Source: Dicyema japonicum
Lineage: Eukaryota; Animalia; Dicyemida
Direction of reading: 5' to 3'
Length of the DNA stretch: 64,000 nucleotides
Assembly (NCBI GenBank): GCA_011109175.1
Contig: RDEW01000020.1
Span: forward strand, 366,514 to 430,513
Under the pieces are notes generated by a model. That model ran no database searches, had not been told where the DNA came from, and worked only from the letters and a program-made list of their open reading frames with translations. The translations under genes and the position numbers were made by a program. How positions within the stretch are numbered: the first letter of the stretch is position 1; the number at the start of each line of letters is the position of its first letter. Of this stretch, positions 12,810-26,680 are shown piece by piece.

Positions 12810-13980
12810 ATAACCCCCGGATAGATAAAAGTTAATTAACGTCCAATAAAGGTACATCCCGTTCAATTGTCAAATGGAATAAAGAAGAGAGATTCTTTTT
12901 GGATGTCGGCCATATATTGGGAGTCTCCTGAGACTAATGGTTCAACCGACTCCTCTTAGGATTTGATAGAATAACAGAACAGTTTTTCGTAACTCTGTAT
13001 GCTCTTTTCTTGATGGTCGGGATCTTAACAGAATTGATCCATGACATATGGGGCTCCACGAAGCGTAGGAGATTCATTTCTCGATGTAATGTTTATTAAA
13101 ATTTAAAAAAAATTGATTTATGATTGAATTTGATTGCAATTAATAAAAACATTTAATAAGTTTTGACCATTGATCCCCACCATCATAATTGAAACCGGCG
13201 CTAACAGGAAAGTAACTACCAAAGCGAACGCTCCCTGAGATCCTCAAGTATATCGAGTTAAGAACTCTTCAATGAATTGTTTGTAAAGTACAAAGAGCGA
13301 ATCTGAAGAGGATATAGTTCTTTTCTGAGAGTAGCTTCTGACAGTGAAAAACAGACAAATACAGAATTATGATCCCCAAACGAATCGTCCATGTGGAGAT
13401 GTGATAGTAAATAGCTTTTTTATCTTTTGAACTAGGGATATGTGATAGGAGTCTGAAGTTGCAAGGTGGGAGTAATGATATCTTCTTCGATTAGTAGAAT
13501 TGGTCGTAATGTGGCAAGAATGGGTGAAAAGATTAAACAAGGAGACATCGTATCGGAAGATGATTAGTGGAGAGCATTCAGTTTGTGTCTGGTTTTAGCA
13601 GCAATGTAATTTACATGGCTAGAGAAGGAGAGGCAGTGATCAAAACAATTGTCCGAAGTTACGACTGTTGACTTTGAGGGTTATGATTGGGCACAAAACA
13701 CGTGCTTCTGGAATTTCATACTGATTTTCGTTCTAAATAACATTCTAGAATTTTTGAAGGAGGAAGGAAATCGGAATAACAGCTGCTATTTTATATGGAT
13801 AACCCCAGTATTAAGGATATATTTAAAATACTACCGAGTACCTATTCTACAAGAGCTGTAGTTTGGTGTGGTGCTTTTAATGAGGCGTGGAGTATCGATG
13901 CCTGTTAATGAGGAAAATGGCATTGAATGCCAACCTAGGGTAGTCTCTGAATGTGGGGTATGCAGCGACGTGAACACACC
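12810..13980 (-). mobile_element. Degenerate LINE RT C-terminal and 3' fragments
   Basis: FDHCLSFSSHVNYIAAK thumb-region motif; many stops. Confidence 0.5.
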
Positions 13981-14699
13981 TATATAAGCAATAGGGGTTG
14001 ACCCCAAAAGGAAAAGGTTGACTTAGACAGGAGTTATAAAAGAATTATTTTTACTTGTTTGATAAATAAAATAAATAATTTATTAGGTGTATCATTATTT
14101 AATTTATTTTTAAATTTTTTCAATAAGCGAAAAATAAGTCACTTACTTAATGTCAAAACGTTCCTTTACTGTCTTATTTCACCTCGTATGTCAGGAATTT
14201 CTTTTCAATGCTGATCAAAAATGATGATGGATTGGGTTTTAGCATCTGAAATTGATGACGAATACGAAAGAAAAACGAGAAGAATCGGTGATTTATTACA
14301 TTGCTTGTGGAAAACTCGCATTGTAATTGGGGCTTTTTACGGAGAAGAGACATACGGTGTCTCATGAGAGTGCCCCGATAGAGTCGACCCCAAATCTTGG
14401 CTTTCCTCTTTAGTTAATGGCTCTTACCTTGTTTAGTTAGTTGGGGTTTTGCGAATAAATCATGTTATCTGTTATCGGATTTGCTACAAAGTAACCTTAT
14501 ATCTCGGTTCTTTTCTTTGGTGATTTAACATCTCTACTTTACTCCGGGATTTTACTTTTTCTATTTTTCTTGGGGATTTAACTTCTCTCTATTTGTTTCT
14601 TTTGAGACAAAACTTAGTGGTTGTTAATGTTTTCAAGTGATAAATTTGTCTCTTCAACCCGGACAGTATCAACGCCCCGGGTTCTTATGACATATGACA

Positions 14700-15016
14700 T
14701 TTATTAACCAGAATACACCGAGAAGGAAGTTAAAGTAAACAACTAATTAAGTGTATCCAGTTTCCACTTCTACAGTAACAGAGTCCATCCGGAATCAGCA
14801 TAAAAGGTAAGACGTCCATTACATGCAGTTGTGAAAACCCCTCCAGTGGAGTGGGGGAGAGCAAATGATCCTTTTTCGTGCCGGCCTGACACTGGGCGTC
14901 ACCTAGACAGGTGGATCACATGACGCCACTCTAATAGGAAGAGAGAGGAGGAACAGACAAACAAGCAGAAAACTTCAACCAATTAGCCACGCAGCACCAC
15001 ATGGCGCCACGCGGCT
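14700..15016 (-). mobile_element. SINE-B copy (long form)
   Basis: Homologous to 52991-53295 and 39632-39869. Confidence 0.9.
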
Positions 15017-15124
15017 TTTAAAAATCATTCATTATAAGGGGAATTGGACAAGTACTATAGATATCCACCACCTAAACCAGTAACTGATTAAAAAATCAAC
15101 GCCAAAGAAATAACCCCAATATTA

Positions 15125-16123
15125 TCAATCATCGATATTACTAAATGCTTCCTCTTCACGAATGTCCCCAACCTCACTCGAGCATCTAATCTCTTTATTA
15201 AAATGGTTATTATATTTTCTCCCCTTCAACCTTTTCCTTGAACTCCCGCAGGCCACTCCACACTTATCGTCATCTAAAGTCGGTTCACTAATAGTGTTTT
15301 CCTTTCCATCCACCAGAAACGTGGCATCATTCTGCTTTCTGGGAAGTATCTGATATTGGAGAATAACGCGGATGTTTGAAAAAATTTTGAATAAAGTGCC
15401 AACGTAAATGTAAATCATTATGAAAGCCGACCATTCGAAGAAAGCTGTTATGCTGAGGAGAGTCTAAACTAAGACATAACCGTACATTTGTCCTCGCTGT
15501 GCAATGTATAATAAACCGTAGACAAAAAACTAATTTAAACAACGAAAATACACAAAATGATGGCCAAAACGAAGGATGACGTCAATATGATCTGCAATCT
15601 GCAATGGAACTCTGAAAAATGATATGGATGTAGTTTGTAGATAATCACAGTCATTAACGACATAGAAACTGCAAGAAACCCAAATCCTATCAATCCGCCA
15701 ATCCGATGGACTGATACAATGGATTTCTAAAAAATAAACTTTAGGTACTTCAAAATTAACTATAACAAGTAGTCCCACCACGCAGATCAGAAAAGAGACG
15801 AGGCTAAATAAATTAAGGGTGTTTTTCTGTCCTTTTTTCTGGAGAAGAATCCTTATAAGGTCATATTGGATGTAGAAAATCAGAATGTCTAAAATTAATA
15901 AACAAGGTGACTCATTGAGATCGATATACTCATGAAAAGTGAGAAAAACGAACTTTCAGGAGGATTTATGTAAAAATCACTAGAATTTGGAAGTTTAGTA
16001 TTACCTAATGTATGGAATCAGTGGTAAATTGTCTGCAGAGTCAAGTTCCTTCCAAAATACAGTGCCGAAAATTCCTATGAAACCACTTAAAATTGATGTT
16101 ATAATTAAATAATTAGGATTCAT
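15125..16123 (-). CDS. DRAM/TMEM150 (Frag1/DRAM/Sfk1 family) membrane protein
   Basis: LIPYI|SDFYINPPESSFFS, VVGLLVIVNFE, TAFFEWSAFIMIYIYVGT; hydrophobic helices; tiny introns. Confidence 0.75.
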
Positions 16124-16249
16124 TTTTTTTGGGTCAATGTTTATTATATCGATATTTAATTTCCATTTAAATAATTAATTGTGGTTTAGAAATATAATTT
16201 TTTAAATGATCATTTTATTACGGAAAAAAGTAAGCAAATGGTCATACAG

Positions 16250-18430
16250 CGGCCGTCATGACTGAGTGGATCTTCTCTCTAAGGATGGCAAACGAGATTC
16301 GCTCAAATAACCAGCAGCACTAAAAGGGGTCTCCTGATCGTGTAGAAATCCGATTCTTTAAACGCAGGTGCAAGGGAATCATAAATCTCAACGGAGAGTG
16401 GAACAAACAAAAAAATCATATAGTAGGACCCCGAACTTTGCCCGCTTCAACCTCTCGGCCTTCTTAGCCGCCGAAAATGCTCCAGAAACACTCTGCAGTA
16501 AGTCGCAAGGGGCAAAAGTGTCGGTGCAGGTGACGTTTCAGGCGAGAGGTTTCCTGGCTTCGAAAGGGAGGATGGTCAACCCATCTGGTTAAAAAATCGG
16601 GACTAAATAAATCAATGCTGATCAAAGATAAACTTTACAGGCGCTGATTTGACATCGAAGACCTCAAATCTGTCTGTATCTGTTTTAACTTTGAAAAAAA
16701 GGTTCACAACTTTCAAATCTATCGATATAATTGAAAATAGAAAGTAAAACGTTAGTGTATAACAGAATAAAGGGTTGTTGGGTGAATGTAAATGAGTTTA
16801 TCGGCAATGTGGCCTACTTCCATGAGTAATCTTCAAACCGGAAATTGAATATATGTTCCGATATCGAACGGAAGATCCCGTTAATCTATGCGAGTTTCCC
16901 TCGCTGGGGGAAATAGGGAGCAGTCCTCAGGACATGTGCAAGCCTCTGTACGTAGAGGCTGTTCTTATGAGGAATAATTATGCATGCACATAAAGTAGAC
17001 ACAAGCTGTTTCTCAAAAAAACAGTTGTTTGCTGCATAGCTCTCCAATTGCACGCATGGTGATTGGAGATCCGAGGAATTTGTAATCTTTATCGTGCGTG
17101 GAAATAATTCCAGGTTGTAAATTCGCGAATGATGACACTCTTTTGAATAATTCTCTCCTGCAAGTCCACATTGTAGATTTCGTATTTTTTTTAAAGCCTT
17201 TTCACGAGAGCCATATTATTTTATAGCTCCGCATAGGCAGGACACACACTTTATTTAAGTAAAGAACAGTTAATTTTAGCTAATCGTAGACCAAGGAATG
17301 ATCTTCACTTCTTTTTTCTTTTTCTTGTGTGAGTGTCCTTTGTAGACAATCCAGTTCCGCAGTGAGTATCCACTGATGACGGCGTCACTCGTCAAACCCT
17401 TTCTGCATCGTAGATGCGTGGAACCTTCCACCAGGTGAACAGCAGCGAGATTCGAACCTGTAGCTAAGCTACTTTTGCCTGACACCTAATTACTATGCCA
17501 CCCGGCTAGATTTCGTATTTCTGCAATTTAATTCTGACTTGGCTGGAATTATCACCTCCAAATCCTGGAAGACAGTATCTGGGTGTCCTCCGAGGACTTC
17601 ATCCAGATATCATATGTTGAGGGATGAGCGGTTTGGTGATTTTCTCGTAGCGAAGCAGAGACAGAACAACAGGGTCCAAAGGATTTCCTTGTTGTCTCCG
17701 GAAGACGAAGGAATTAAGTATTCTTTGAAAATTAAGGATGAAGGTAGACTATAGGACTGATTCACAAATTCTAAAATATTAGGACATTTTTCCATACACG
17801 CCTCCATGATATTGGCCTTTCATCCCAGGCGAAGAAGTCCTTGGTCTCCTACGGATAAAGAGGTTGGATCTTTCAGATGGTCAAGTCTCATTCCGTTGAT
17901 CCCACAACTCCTACTAAGGGCAATATTCCGTATTACGACGAGAACATTATCGTTTGAAGCAGTCAGGGAATTCACTCCGGCTGAGGAAGCGAATAGGTGT
18001 AGGCTGTGAAGCGGAAGCGGATGTTTGCTCAGCAAAATGTTGTAGGCGTCTGTTTTTGCGGACAACTTGAGGAAAGTGCCCTGATGGCTGCGCAGATACC
18101 ACATTCGATTAACTTCAAGCGAACAGTTTTCTTGAAACGCAGCATTTCCACTTCCTTGTTCGGACTATTTGTCTCCAAGTATGTTGAAAGATGGGTTCCT
18201 TCCATAAAAGAACGAATCCTGGTCCTCATAGCGGCAGTGAGAGACTCCTTTCTGTGACCATCACGATCAAGTCCCAATGCGGAAGGCGCAAAGCGCACCC
18301 AGTTCATATAGCGCTCGTCCGGAGGGGATCTTCGATCGTATTGGAAAGGACCTTCGCAGCGACAGGGCGTACGACCTTCGGGATCTTCACCAGGATACTC
18401 CGCGGAGAACGTCTCTCAGAGATGAGGCGT
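16250..18430 (-). mobile_element. CRE-clade non-LTR retrotransposon (RT plus RLE), degenerate and interrupted
   Basis: KIPKVVR; SCGINGMRLDHLKD; YLDE; FLGSPI..LRTAP..W..ATLP; PDGLTILPF..NVTCTDTFAP. Confidence 0.85.
17188..17506 (-). mobile_element. SINE-A copy inserted in the CRE element
   Basis: 14-bp target-site duplication (TSD) TAGATTTCGTATTT. Confidence 0.95.
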
Positions 18431-18644
18431 CTACAAAGAATAATTTTTATTTTATTTATTAATCAAACAATAATATATTTAATTTATAGTAATTTAAAAT
18501 AAAAATATTTATAAATAAATGTATTATTAATTATAATTAAAAATAATTAGAAGACTGGTTAACCTAAAAATCTATCGATATAATTGAAAATAGGAAGTAA
18601 AATGTTGGTGTATAACAGAATAAAGGGTTGTTGGGTGGATGTAT

Positions 18645-18991
18645 TATCTACAAATAAATATGAGAATCCCATACTTTGGAAAAAAAGCCAAGCTAATAGA
18701 AGAAGAGCTGAAGCACTAGAAGAACTCAAAGATATCCTTCGAGTTCGGAGACTAGTACATTACCCACTTGTTCAAGCAACTCGATTACTTCAAGAAGAAC
18801 AATATATAAATGATACTCGCGAAAAGTATGAATTGAGTCAAGCCACGGCAGAACATAACCGAACTAAACATCTAGAAAACATTAAAAACAAAGCAAGAAA
18901 TCAGATTGATAAAGTTTTTGGGGTCAAACAACAAAAAGAAAGTCTTCTGCTGACAACTCAGTTGGGTCACTCCCTAAACTCTCTGTTTTAA
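18645..18991 (+). CDS. Coiled-coil ORF fragment, weakly stathmin-like; 5' end unclear
   Basis: ANRRRAEALEELK..TREKYE..AEHNRTKHLENIKNKARNQIDKV..VKQQKE. Confidence 0.3.
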
Positions 18992-19199
18992 TTTAATTTT
19001 TATTATTTATTTATTCACTTCTCTCACTTCCATATTAGAAGGAGGTTACTTCCTCACTTCCTATATTATGGTATTTTTTAGCGGAAGTTATAGTTTTTAA
19101 TTATTGATTGTTCTCAGATCATGTTCTAACCGAGTTTAAGATGTTTTTTTAAAATAGTGTAAACTAAATGTGTTTAAGATTATTGTCTCTCTTTTAGCG

Positions 19200-21335
19200 A
19201 AAAATATCATCCTTCACATCCGTAGATGAGAGAGGACAGAATAATTCAACGCACATAATCAACATCGTTGATGCCACTCATGTGTACATGAAATTCACAT
19301 GGCTTTTGACTTTCCGTTGAGAGACTTAAGCTATGGGTTTACACCACCAGAGAATTTCTTGCGAGAATTCCCATAATTTCCCCTCAGACACCACCGGACT
19401 TTTAGAGACGTTTGATATCAGTACATCGTCCACGTAAATAATCACGTTAGGTCGAGAGCCGGGAAATCCCTCATAAATGTATTAAAGAGCAGAGGACGAA
19501 TACTGAGCCTTTTGTCACTCCTCTCTTCATTAAAGATCGCTTTAGAAGTAAATCCTCCACATCTCACAAATAATTTTATTCTTATCAGAAGATTCCTTAA
19601 CCAATCCAGAAAGTTTTGGGATTTCAGCTGCGACTAACAGATACAACACTGCATCAAACCAGACCTTCTCAATCTAGAGTTTTAGATGAAAAAACAATCA
19701 TTGATGCAGAAGAGAGGTTGTTATGTGTAATTAGATCATTTTATATACTACAATTTATTTTTCTAATTTTTACTCATGTTATTCACTACCTATACGTCAT
19801 GCCTGGGGAACCTGCCACTCCTGAAGCCCTTGTAACATTAATATAGTTATTATGGGGCGATAAATTATTGACAGGTGTGAAATGTTGAATCTTTTGTTAA
19901 AAGGGATGGGGAGAATATTGTCCATCCAAGAAGAAATTTTGTCGATATGTTCTTGCAGGACGAAAGAAGTGGCGAGAGGTAATGATGATATATTAAGCAA
20001 AAGAAATAAATTTGTCCTGGTTTGTTGGTATGTTAGTTAGATGAAGATTAAACAAGACTGGAGATAGGACCGAACCCCGAGGAACGCCGTTTGGAAGGTA
20101 TCGATAATGATAGTATGTTGACTTAATAAAAGAACGACCGACCATGGAGAAAAGTATTCAACCATAATTTCAAACGGGATGAGATATTTGTAGAAAGAAT
20201 TTTACTGTTAAGAACGTGTCTGAATGTCCGGTCAAAAGCTTTGTTGATATCAATAGCAACAATTGTTTTTCCGGAAGTTTATCTTGAATCCATCGGCAAT
20301 AAATTGAGTCAGTTTAGAATGTGGGTTGTAGTCAAGTGGCAGACACGAAAGCCACGTGGGGGTTAGAAGGATTTGGAGTATAAATTCCATTCATTGGTCT
20401 TGCATTTTAAAATTATTGATTTCAGAAAGATGTTCTATTCTACCCTCACCAGAGTTCATCGATTTTATCCTCCTGCGTTCTTTGAAAAGTTTAATAATTT
20501 CAGGAAGGAAGTGGAGGCCACGATTAGCGATGAAACCACGAGGATTAAATTTTTTGTCAACATCAATTAGACAGTTTGTGAAGAACTCGACAGCAACATC
20601 AAAAGAGCGGAGAGAAGCACAAGAATAGTCTTTGACTACACTTTCGGTCTCGTTTCTGCAAGAATCCCACTTTCCACGATTCTAGGTTATATGCGTCTTT
20701 GTGATCCTCATCTTTGTAGGTTGAAGGTAATTAAAATTGGGTTGTGGTCAGTTGGGAGATTATAAAGGACATCCCATGGAGCATCGAGACCGATACTTTG
20801 AAAATAGAGGGAGATATTGGGGAAGTGTTAGAATGGTCACAACGAGTTGCAGAACAGAATTATTCATAATAACCAAGTCCTCCATATGCAGAATTCGCAC
20901 TCTAAGTTTATTAGGAGGATAGCCTTGCAGGATGATGAGCACCAAAATCACCACATAAGATGCATTTTTCAATAGAAAAAAGTGGAAGTTCGGCGTATAG
21001 TTAGGAAGACACGATTATGTATAAATTGACAATACATGACTTGTTGATATAGATATGAGAGATTTAATAAAAGTTAAGGAATCAGTGAAAGGAATAGAAA
21101 CGAGTACAAGAATAAGTAAACCACCCCCAACTGAGATAGAGGCGCGGTCGGAACGTAATACAGAATAGTTATTGAAGTAAGGAGTCTTGGATTTTGGTGT
21201 AAGTTTATAATCTTGGATAAAGGCAATGTTGACACAATGATTGTGCAAGAAGTTACGTAAATCAATATATTTTTTGTCATGTTCAATACTTTCCATGAAA
21301 TAACAGTGGTACAGGGTTAGGTTCAACATCACCAC
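19200..21335 (-). mobile_element. Degenerate APE plus RT LINE fragments
   Basis: IAFIQD.KL, RSDR..GGGLLILV endonuclease; HGF, IDINKAFD, IYVDDV RT motifs. Confidence 0.8.
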
Positions 21336-21359
21336 ACCTGATTAAAGAAATCTAGGAAC

Positions 21360-21800
21360 TTTGCGCACGTCCCGTAGCATCTACCAGTTGTTTGGTAAGG
21401 GAAATAAGTTGGCCATTCCAGAAAGGAACGAAAGAGCCATCAACTTTTCCCCACCACTTGGAGGTTCCCGTAAGGATATCTTTAATTGTCGTAATATCTT
21501 GCATTGGTACCATTTTGAGAAATTCTTCATAAATATTAAAATCTGAATCACAGTCTCTAACAAAGATTTCTAATTGTGCATTATCAACAATGTCGACTGT
21601 TTCATTGATCGCAATTGAAAAATAGTCAAATTTTAACAATTCAGACTTTAATTGGTGTTTCAAACGCACTTGACATTGACAAATATGATTTACAAATACT
21701 ATTAAAAATTAACATGATTTTTTGTGTTTTATAGCCATTAATCGGGCCACACTTATGCTTGTCAAGGTCCGCCTGAGGGTTGCATGTTTGACACCCCTGG
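21360..21800 (-). mobile_element. hAT (SPIN/Buster) internally deleted element with TIR
   Basis: CAGGGGTGTCAAAC terminus; FSIAINETVDIVDNAQLEIFVR. Confidence 0.8.
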
Positions 21801-22279
21801 TCTAGTAGATAGACATGCCTCACAACTTTTTTATTTGTATTTATTATGTCGAAAGCTTGTAAGATATACTCACATGACGTGAATTTCTATTTATGGCACG
21901 ATGAACTACTATGCCCCATACTGAGATATTAACTATGATGCGTGTATTTGATTTTTAAGATTTTTTCCAGAAAGGATCAGAGATTTATGGGCGTGATTTA
22001 ACGCCAGCCAAAGTTTCTTTAGCTTAAACCGAAATGTTCTAAAATTTCATAACTTTCGGTGTATTCATGAGGAGTGAACTCTTATGTAATTGGATCTGCA
22101 TTTAACCAATTAGTCGCTATCTCGAAAGACAACGTAGATACTGATCATTAGTTGAACACAATAAACGCTTTCTCCTTACTAATAAACTGAAAACGTTAAG
22201 AAAGACTAAATTTGGTATGGGTGAGTCGGTGGAGAATGTGATTCCCCCAGCACCTAGTAAGCTGAAACACAGCGAACTA

Positions 22280-23225
22280 TGTCATAACTAGGGCGAACTA
22301 AAAAATTATTGGTTGACATACCTAAGATAGCAAAATAGTACCAAATTAAAGCTAAGGTTATTGTAAAGTATTATTTTAAAGAATTTATGATTCTTGAGGA
22401 TGGTGCGCTATATTGTCGACTCTGTGTAATATAAAATGCGAGAAAAGGCAAAAAAAAAGGCATTTTGTAAAATACCATCAAAATTTATTTTGATGAAAAT
22501 TCATTGAGTTTTGCGATATAACAATTATTTTTTTAGATAATCTGACCAAATCGCACCAGAGACACATTGACCAATATTCCAAAAATGATGATTGGGCTCT
22601 ACAAGTAACCAGAGCATTTTAAAGTCTGATATTCCACTAAACAAACTACCTATGCCGTGGCTTAGAGAATTGTTTTACAGAAACTTTGTACGAGTTCCCT
22701 CACCGTTAGTTAGCAGTCTATGTGACCTTATCTGAAGCTTTTCGAACATTCCAGGTTTCCGAATAATGTCGCTATTGCAGATATTATTATCAAAGTACAC
22801 GCTTCAGAATTGAACAAGCATGTGATGGTTTAGAATCGTTGGAATTTGGAAATGACAACAAATCTATTAAAGAATACATAAATAAAAGGCTTCAAAAAAT
22901 GATATTTCAAGCATAATTAAAATGACTAATTCACACATATCTCCTGCCGAGTATTCATAACTCCTGAATTGTTAGCCAACTTAGTGCTCGGTTGAACGTT
23001 GTTTATCTGAGATAAAGAATTTTCTTAGATCCAAGACATTTTCTACCAGGAAATTTAGAAAATTATGTAATTTGTATGTGTAACAAAAAGTTTTAGTTTT
23101 TTATTGTTAGTTATAAAGTTGAATTTTTGGGTTAATTTTTTTAGTTTTTAGGTTAATGAAGTTAGTTTTTTTAGGTTAAATTTATTATTTTTTAGGTTAA
23201 ACATAATTCGCCCTAGTCATAACCA
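22280..23225 (+). mobile_element. Possible CGGBP-like DNA transposon remnant
   Basis: Inverted ACTAGGGCGAA at about 22287 and 23217; EFMILEDGALYCRLC and SDIPLNKL remnants. Confidence 0.4.
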
Positions 23226-23307
23226 TCGATAAATACAATAAAAAGTGAATTTAAAGTGATAAATTGTTAATAAAGTAATGAATAGTTATTACAAGAACGG
23301 AGAGCCG

Positions 23308-25264
23308 CTAAATAAAGGACCACTTAGTATTTGGGTCACCACATTCAACCATCTCCAACAATCTTGTTTCGGCGTTCACAGCCAGGCATTTTAAACTTTC
23401 GGGGTGCATAAGAAAGCCTGATTTCTGAGATAAAAATAAAATTCAACATGAAAGAATATTTGGGAGTCTTTAAATCCTTGCATTCCTCACCGAAAAGTCA
23501 TCATAATATGTGAGGCAGAAATCATCTCGTCTGAGTTTGTTTTCCGTCGAATGGAACCAAATCTGATATAATTCAAATAATAAACCTGGGTTTCTGCTTT
23601 CGTCACAAATCAACCCCAAAACGGGGAGATTCACATTGGTGTCGTCAGCTGGGTGGTCGAGGCACAATTCAGTGTCCTTGTTTTTGATCTATTAGGTATG
23701 GGGGATTGTATGAACCTGTCCCGAGTTCTGTGCCCTTTTTGGGTTAAATTTGGAGGGATATATGTTATCCAAGTACCATTCGAAGGACTGACAATTCAGC
23801 TTCTTTCTGAGTTCGATTCTGTCAGAGATATCTCCGTAATCCAAGGTCTTTGAATGAGTGAATTGATTACTTTTCTGACGTGCGAAGAATTAATGAAGTA
23901 ATATTTGTATTCGTCCATCCACACGTGGGCTAGTCGCAGTGAATTTATGGTGAAACACATCCATCTTTATTTCTGACTGATATGGATTTTGGTACGGAAG
24001 ATGTGCCCCACTAACGAACAAGGATGCATTAGAAGAGATCCCCCACACATCCAAGTCTACATATTGGGTTAAATTATACTCTGAAAGATATCTCCAAGTT
24101 TTCACCTCCCCAAATCTCCATTCCGGGTCATATGCTCCCATTTCATAAAAACTTTGCGATTCACAGCAAAGAGTCCCCCAGCAATAGTAGGGGTTCTGAT
24201 TTGTCACGAAAATACCAACCTGATTGGATCTGCCTCTGAGATTCGTCCTGTGAGGTCTTCGTATGTTGGGGAGTGCCATTTGAACACAAGATTCCACGAG
24301 AACCCACCGATTTGATATACCAACCAATCGGTACAAACCGCAGAGTCATATCATCAATCGCGTTGATATTGGGGGTAACGATTGTTTTGTTATTTTGTTT
24401 GACCACACTCAGAAGAGGTTCAATCCAACCTATGAATGTTAGAATATCTTCTACCAGGTGTTGTCTCACAATGGGAGTCAAGGAATGAGGACATCTCCCG
24501 TAGCTTTCTTTGCCCCCTCCAATCGAGCCCGAATCAGTCCAGCCCTTTTTGGGAGACGAACAAGCTTTACACGTTTTTTGAAGGTTTGATTAATGTAAGT
24601 CTCCAAAGAGAGACTAGTCAGTCGTTCTTTGCATAATTGTGACTAAATACCAAGATTTCGCATCGTCCACCAAAATGATCTCCTTGACCAGTCTGGAGGG
24701 AGATCTGTCGAGGGAGTAAACTGTTCTCAGCAAAGTGGAAAGTGCCTCATTGTGGAAGCAAATTATGACTGAGGACGTAGGCAGTGTGGAAACATCATAT
24801 TTTATATTTTTACATCTAAATTTGTAATTATTGTTTTTAATTTCCAAATGGAAATTTAATGTAAAATGAAAATTACTCTGGAAGTCTCCCATCGATGACC
24901 CTTCTTCTAAGAGAAATCCTGTCGCTGGCAAATTGGTTGAATTCATTATTTTTGAATCCCAAGTTGTATTCCTTCATGAGGGGCGGACTCATGTTGTAGG
25001 ATTCCATGGAAAATCCCTTCCCATATTCACCTGTAATTAGCCAACCTAAAAACCTGGATCATCATCACTGACAACGTAATCAATGAGGGAAATGTTCATG
25101 GAAACTCCTCCCATTATGGAGGATCTTCGACGAATTGGTATACTGATGGGAAGTTTCATGCTACTGGAGTTGATTGTGAGTATTGAGATTAATGATGTAA
25201 ACATAATTACAGATACAAAAATTATAATTCTGGATTTTCTTCTTGTAAAGTTAACATTATTCAA
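23308..25264 (-). CDS. Polypeptide N-acetylgalactosaminyltransferase (GT27 plus ricin lectin domain); start codon uncertain
   Basis: Type II TM helix; [10 protein letters not shown]; EIILVDD; GLIRAR; FLDSHCE; AGGLFA; [12 protein letters not shown]; WMDEYK; ricin CLD/QxW motifs; several indels. Confidence 0.93.
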
Positions 25265-25396
25265 ATTAGGAATTTTGTTGTGGTGTTTGTAAATTTTAAA
25301 ATTTTATTTTATTAAATTTAAATTTTTTTAATATAATTTAATTTAATTAATACAAAAAATTATTCCTCCATTCATCTGCTGAATTATTCTTCCATT

Positions 25397-25515
25397 CACT
25401 GAGGGATCTGGCTAAGAATAGAGAATCTGGAACAAGCTAACTCTTTCTTTTATATTTTTTCTGCACATGCGGGACTATAAATATTATGGCTTTCGTGAAA
25501 GTGCTAATAATTATA
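25397..25515 (+). mobile_element. Short RTE LINE 3' end bearing the SINE-A-like tail
   Basis: RDLAKNRES coding end followed by ATGCGGGACTATAAATATTATGGCTTTCGTGAAA. Confidence 0.7.
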
Positions 25516-25529
25516 TCTCCATTTATACA

Positions 25530-26355
25530 GCACTGAAGACTTCGAGAGCAATGGCTCTTGATGTTACTAAAGCATTTGATTCAGTCTCTTAGAAACGGAT
25601 ATCAACCCTAATCTGAAAAGATGCCACTAAGAGCGGAAGGTGTGAGAAGATAATCTGCAACAATGTGAAATTTAAATAATTGGGGTGCCCCAAGATCCCC
25701 ATTATCACCAACATTGTTCAATTTGTATACACACTCAAGTTGAAAACTGTCTCCTCCTGTCATATGCAGACGATATAGTCATTGTTACAAGGGACTATGA
25801 AGTCACCGTTCAAATGGTTCAGTGAATGCTCTATTCCTTAAACAAATAGTTGGAAGGACTACTCCTGGAAGCATCGTCTACAAAATCTTTTGTGACCTTC
25901 TTTACATCTTGCAGACAACATTATAAAAGGAGGTCTAAGACCACGATATGGCGATGATCCCTCTTACGGTCACACCGACCATCCTGGAATGATGTTTGAC
26001 CATGGACTTACTTTCGCAAAACATGTTGAGAATATTGCGACTGCAGAACTTACTAGAATGAGGATTATTAGATAATCTCAAAACCCCACGAAAGAAACTC
26101 TGCGTCCTTTTTCGCTGTCTACCAGAATTGTACAACCGGCAATGACCTACTCAAGTGAATCGTGGTCAACTACCATTTACCTCACCTCTCTCCAGAAACT
26201 TTCTTGAAGCAGTTTACGCCTAAAAAACACAATATTTGAAATAACTACATGTCATTTCTGGAAAACCATCCAGGATTCTCGCCCATGTTGGTCTGGGGTC
26301 ACTTAGTTAGGAACTTTTTTTCCTTTTAACCCAGTGATCCTGGGGTAATAATTAA
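25530..26355 (+). mobile_element. APE-type LINE RT and 3' end remnant
   Basis: LDVTKAFDSV, GVPQ, SYADDI; 3' end similar to 61340-61425. Confidence 0.8.
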
Positions 26356-26516
26356 TACTGAGATAATTGAAATCATTTTTGTCCGGCTTTGTTAAACGTC
26401 CACCTGAGTAGCATACCCGAGCTGTAAGATACGCTGGTCCTGTTCTATGTAGATGACTTGATCATCGCAGCTCAGGATAGAAACATCACCGCCGCCTCAG
26501 CCTATCTCCAAAAACA

Positions 26517-26680
26517 CTTGGATTCTCTAGAGTCTTGGTTGTCAACCAATCATCTCTCCTTCTAAGTCCATCATCACGGTATTTACTAAACATACAACCG
26601 TAGCTTGGATTCTCTAGAGTCTTGGTTGTCAACCAATCATCTCTCCTTCCATGTCCAGCATCACGGTATTCACTAAACAT
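26517..26680. repeat. Two-copy tandem repeat of about 87 bp
   Basis: cttggattctctagagtcttggttgtcaaccaatcatctctccttc occurs twice. Confidence 0.9.

Noticed and set aside
16790-17170. Hairpin-rich stretch resembling a structured ncRNA
   Set aside because: Minus strand translates as CRE RT-thumb sequence (FLGSPI, LRTAP, ATLP), continuous with the element
23090-23200. Telomere-like TTAGG repeats
   Set aside because: Irregular T-rich subterminal repeats of a probable DNA transposon
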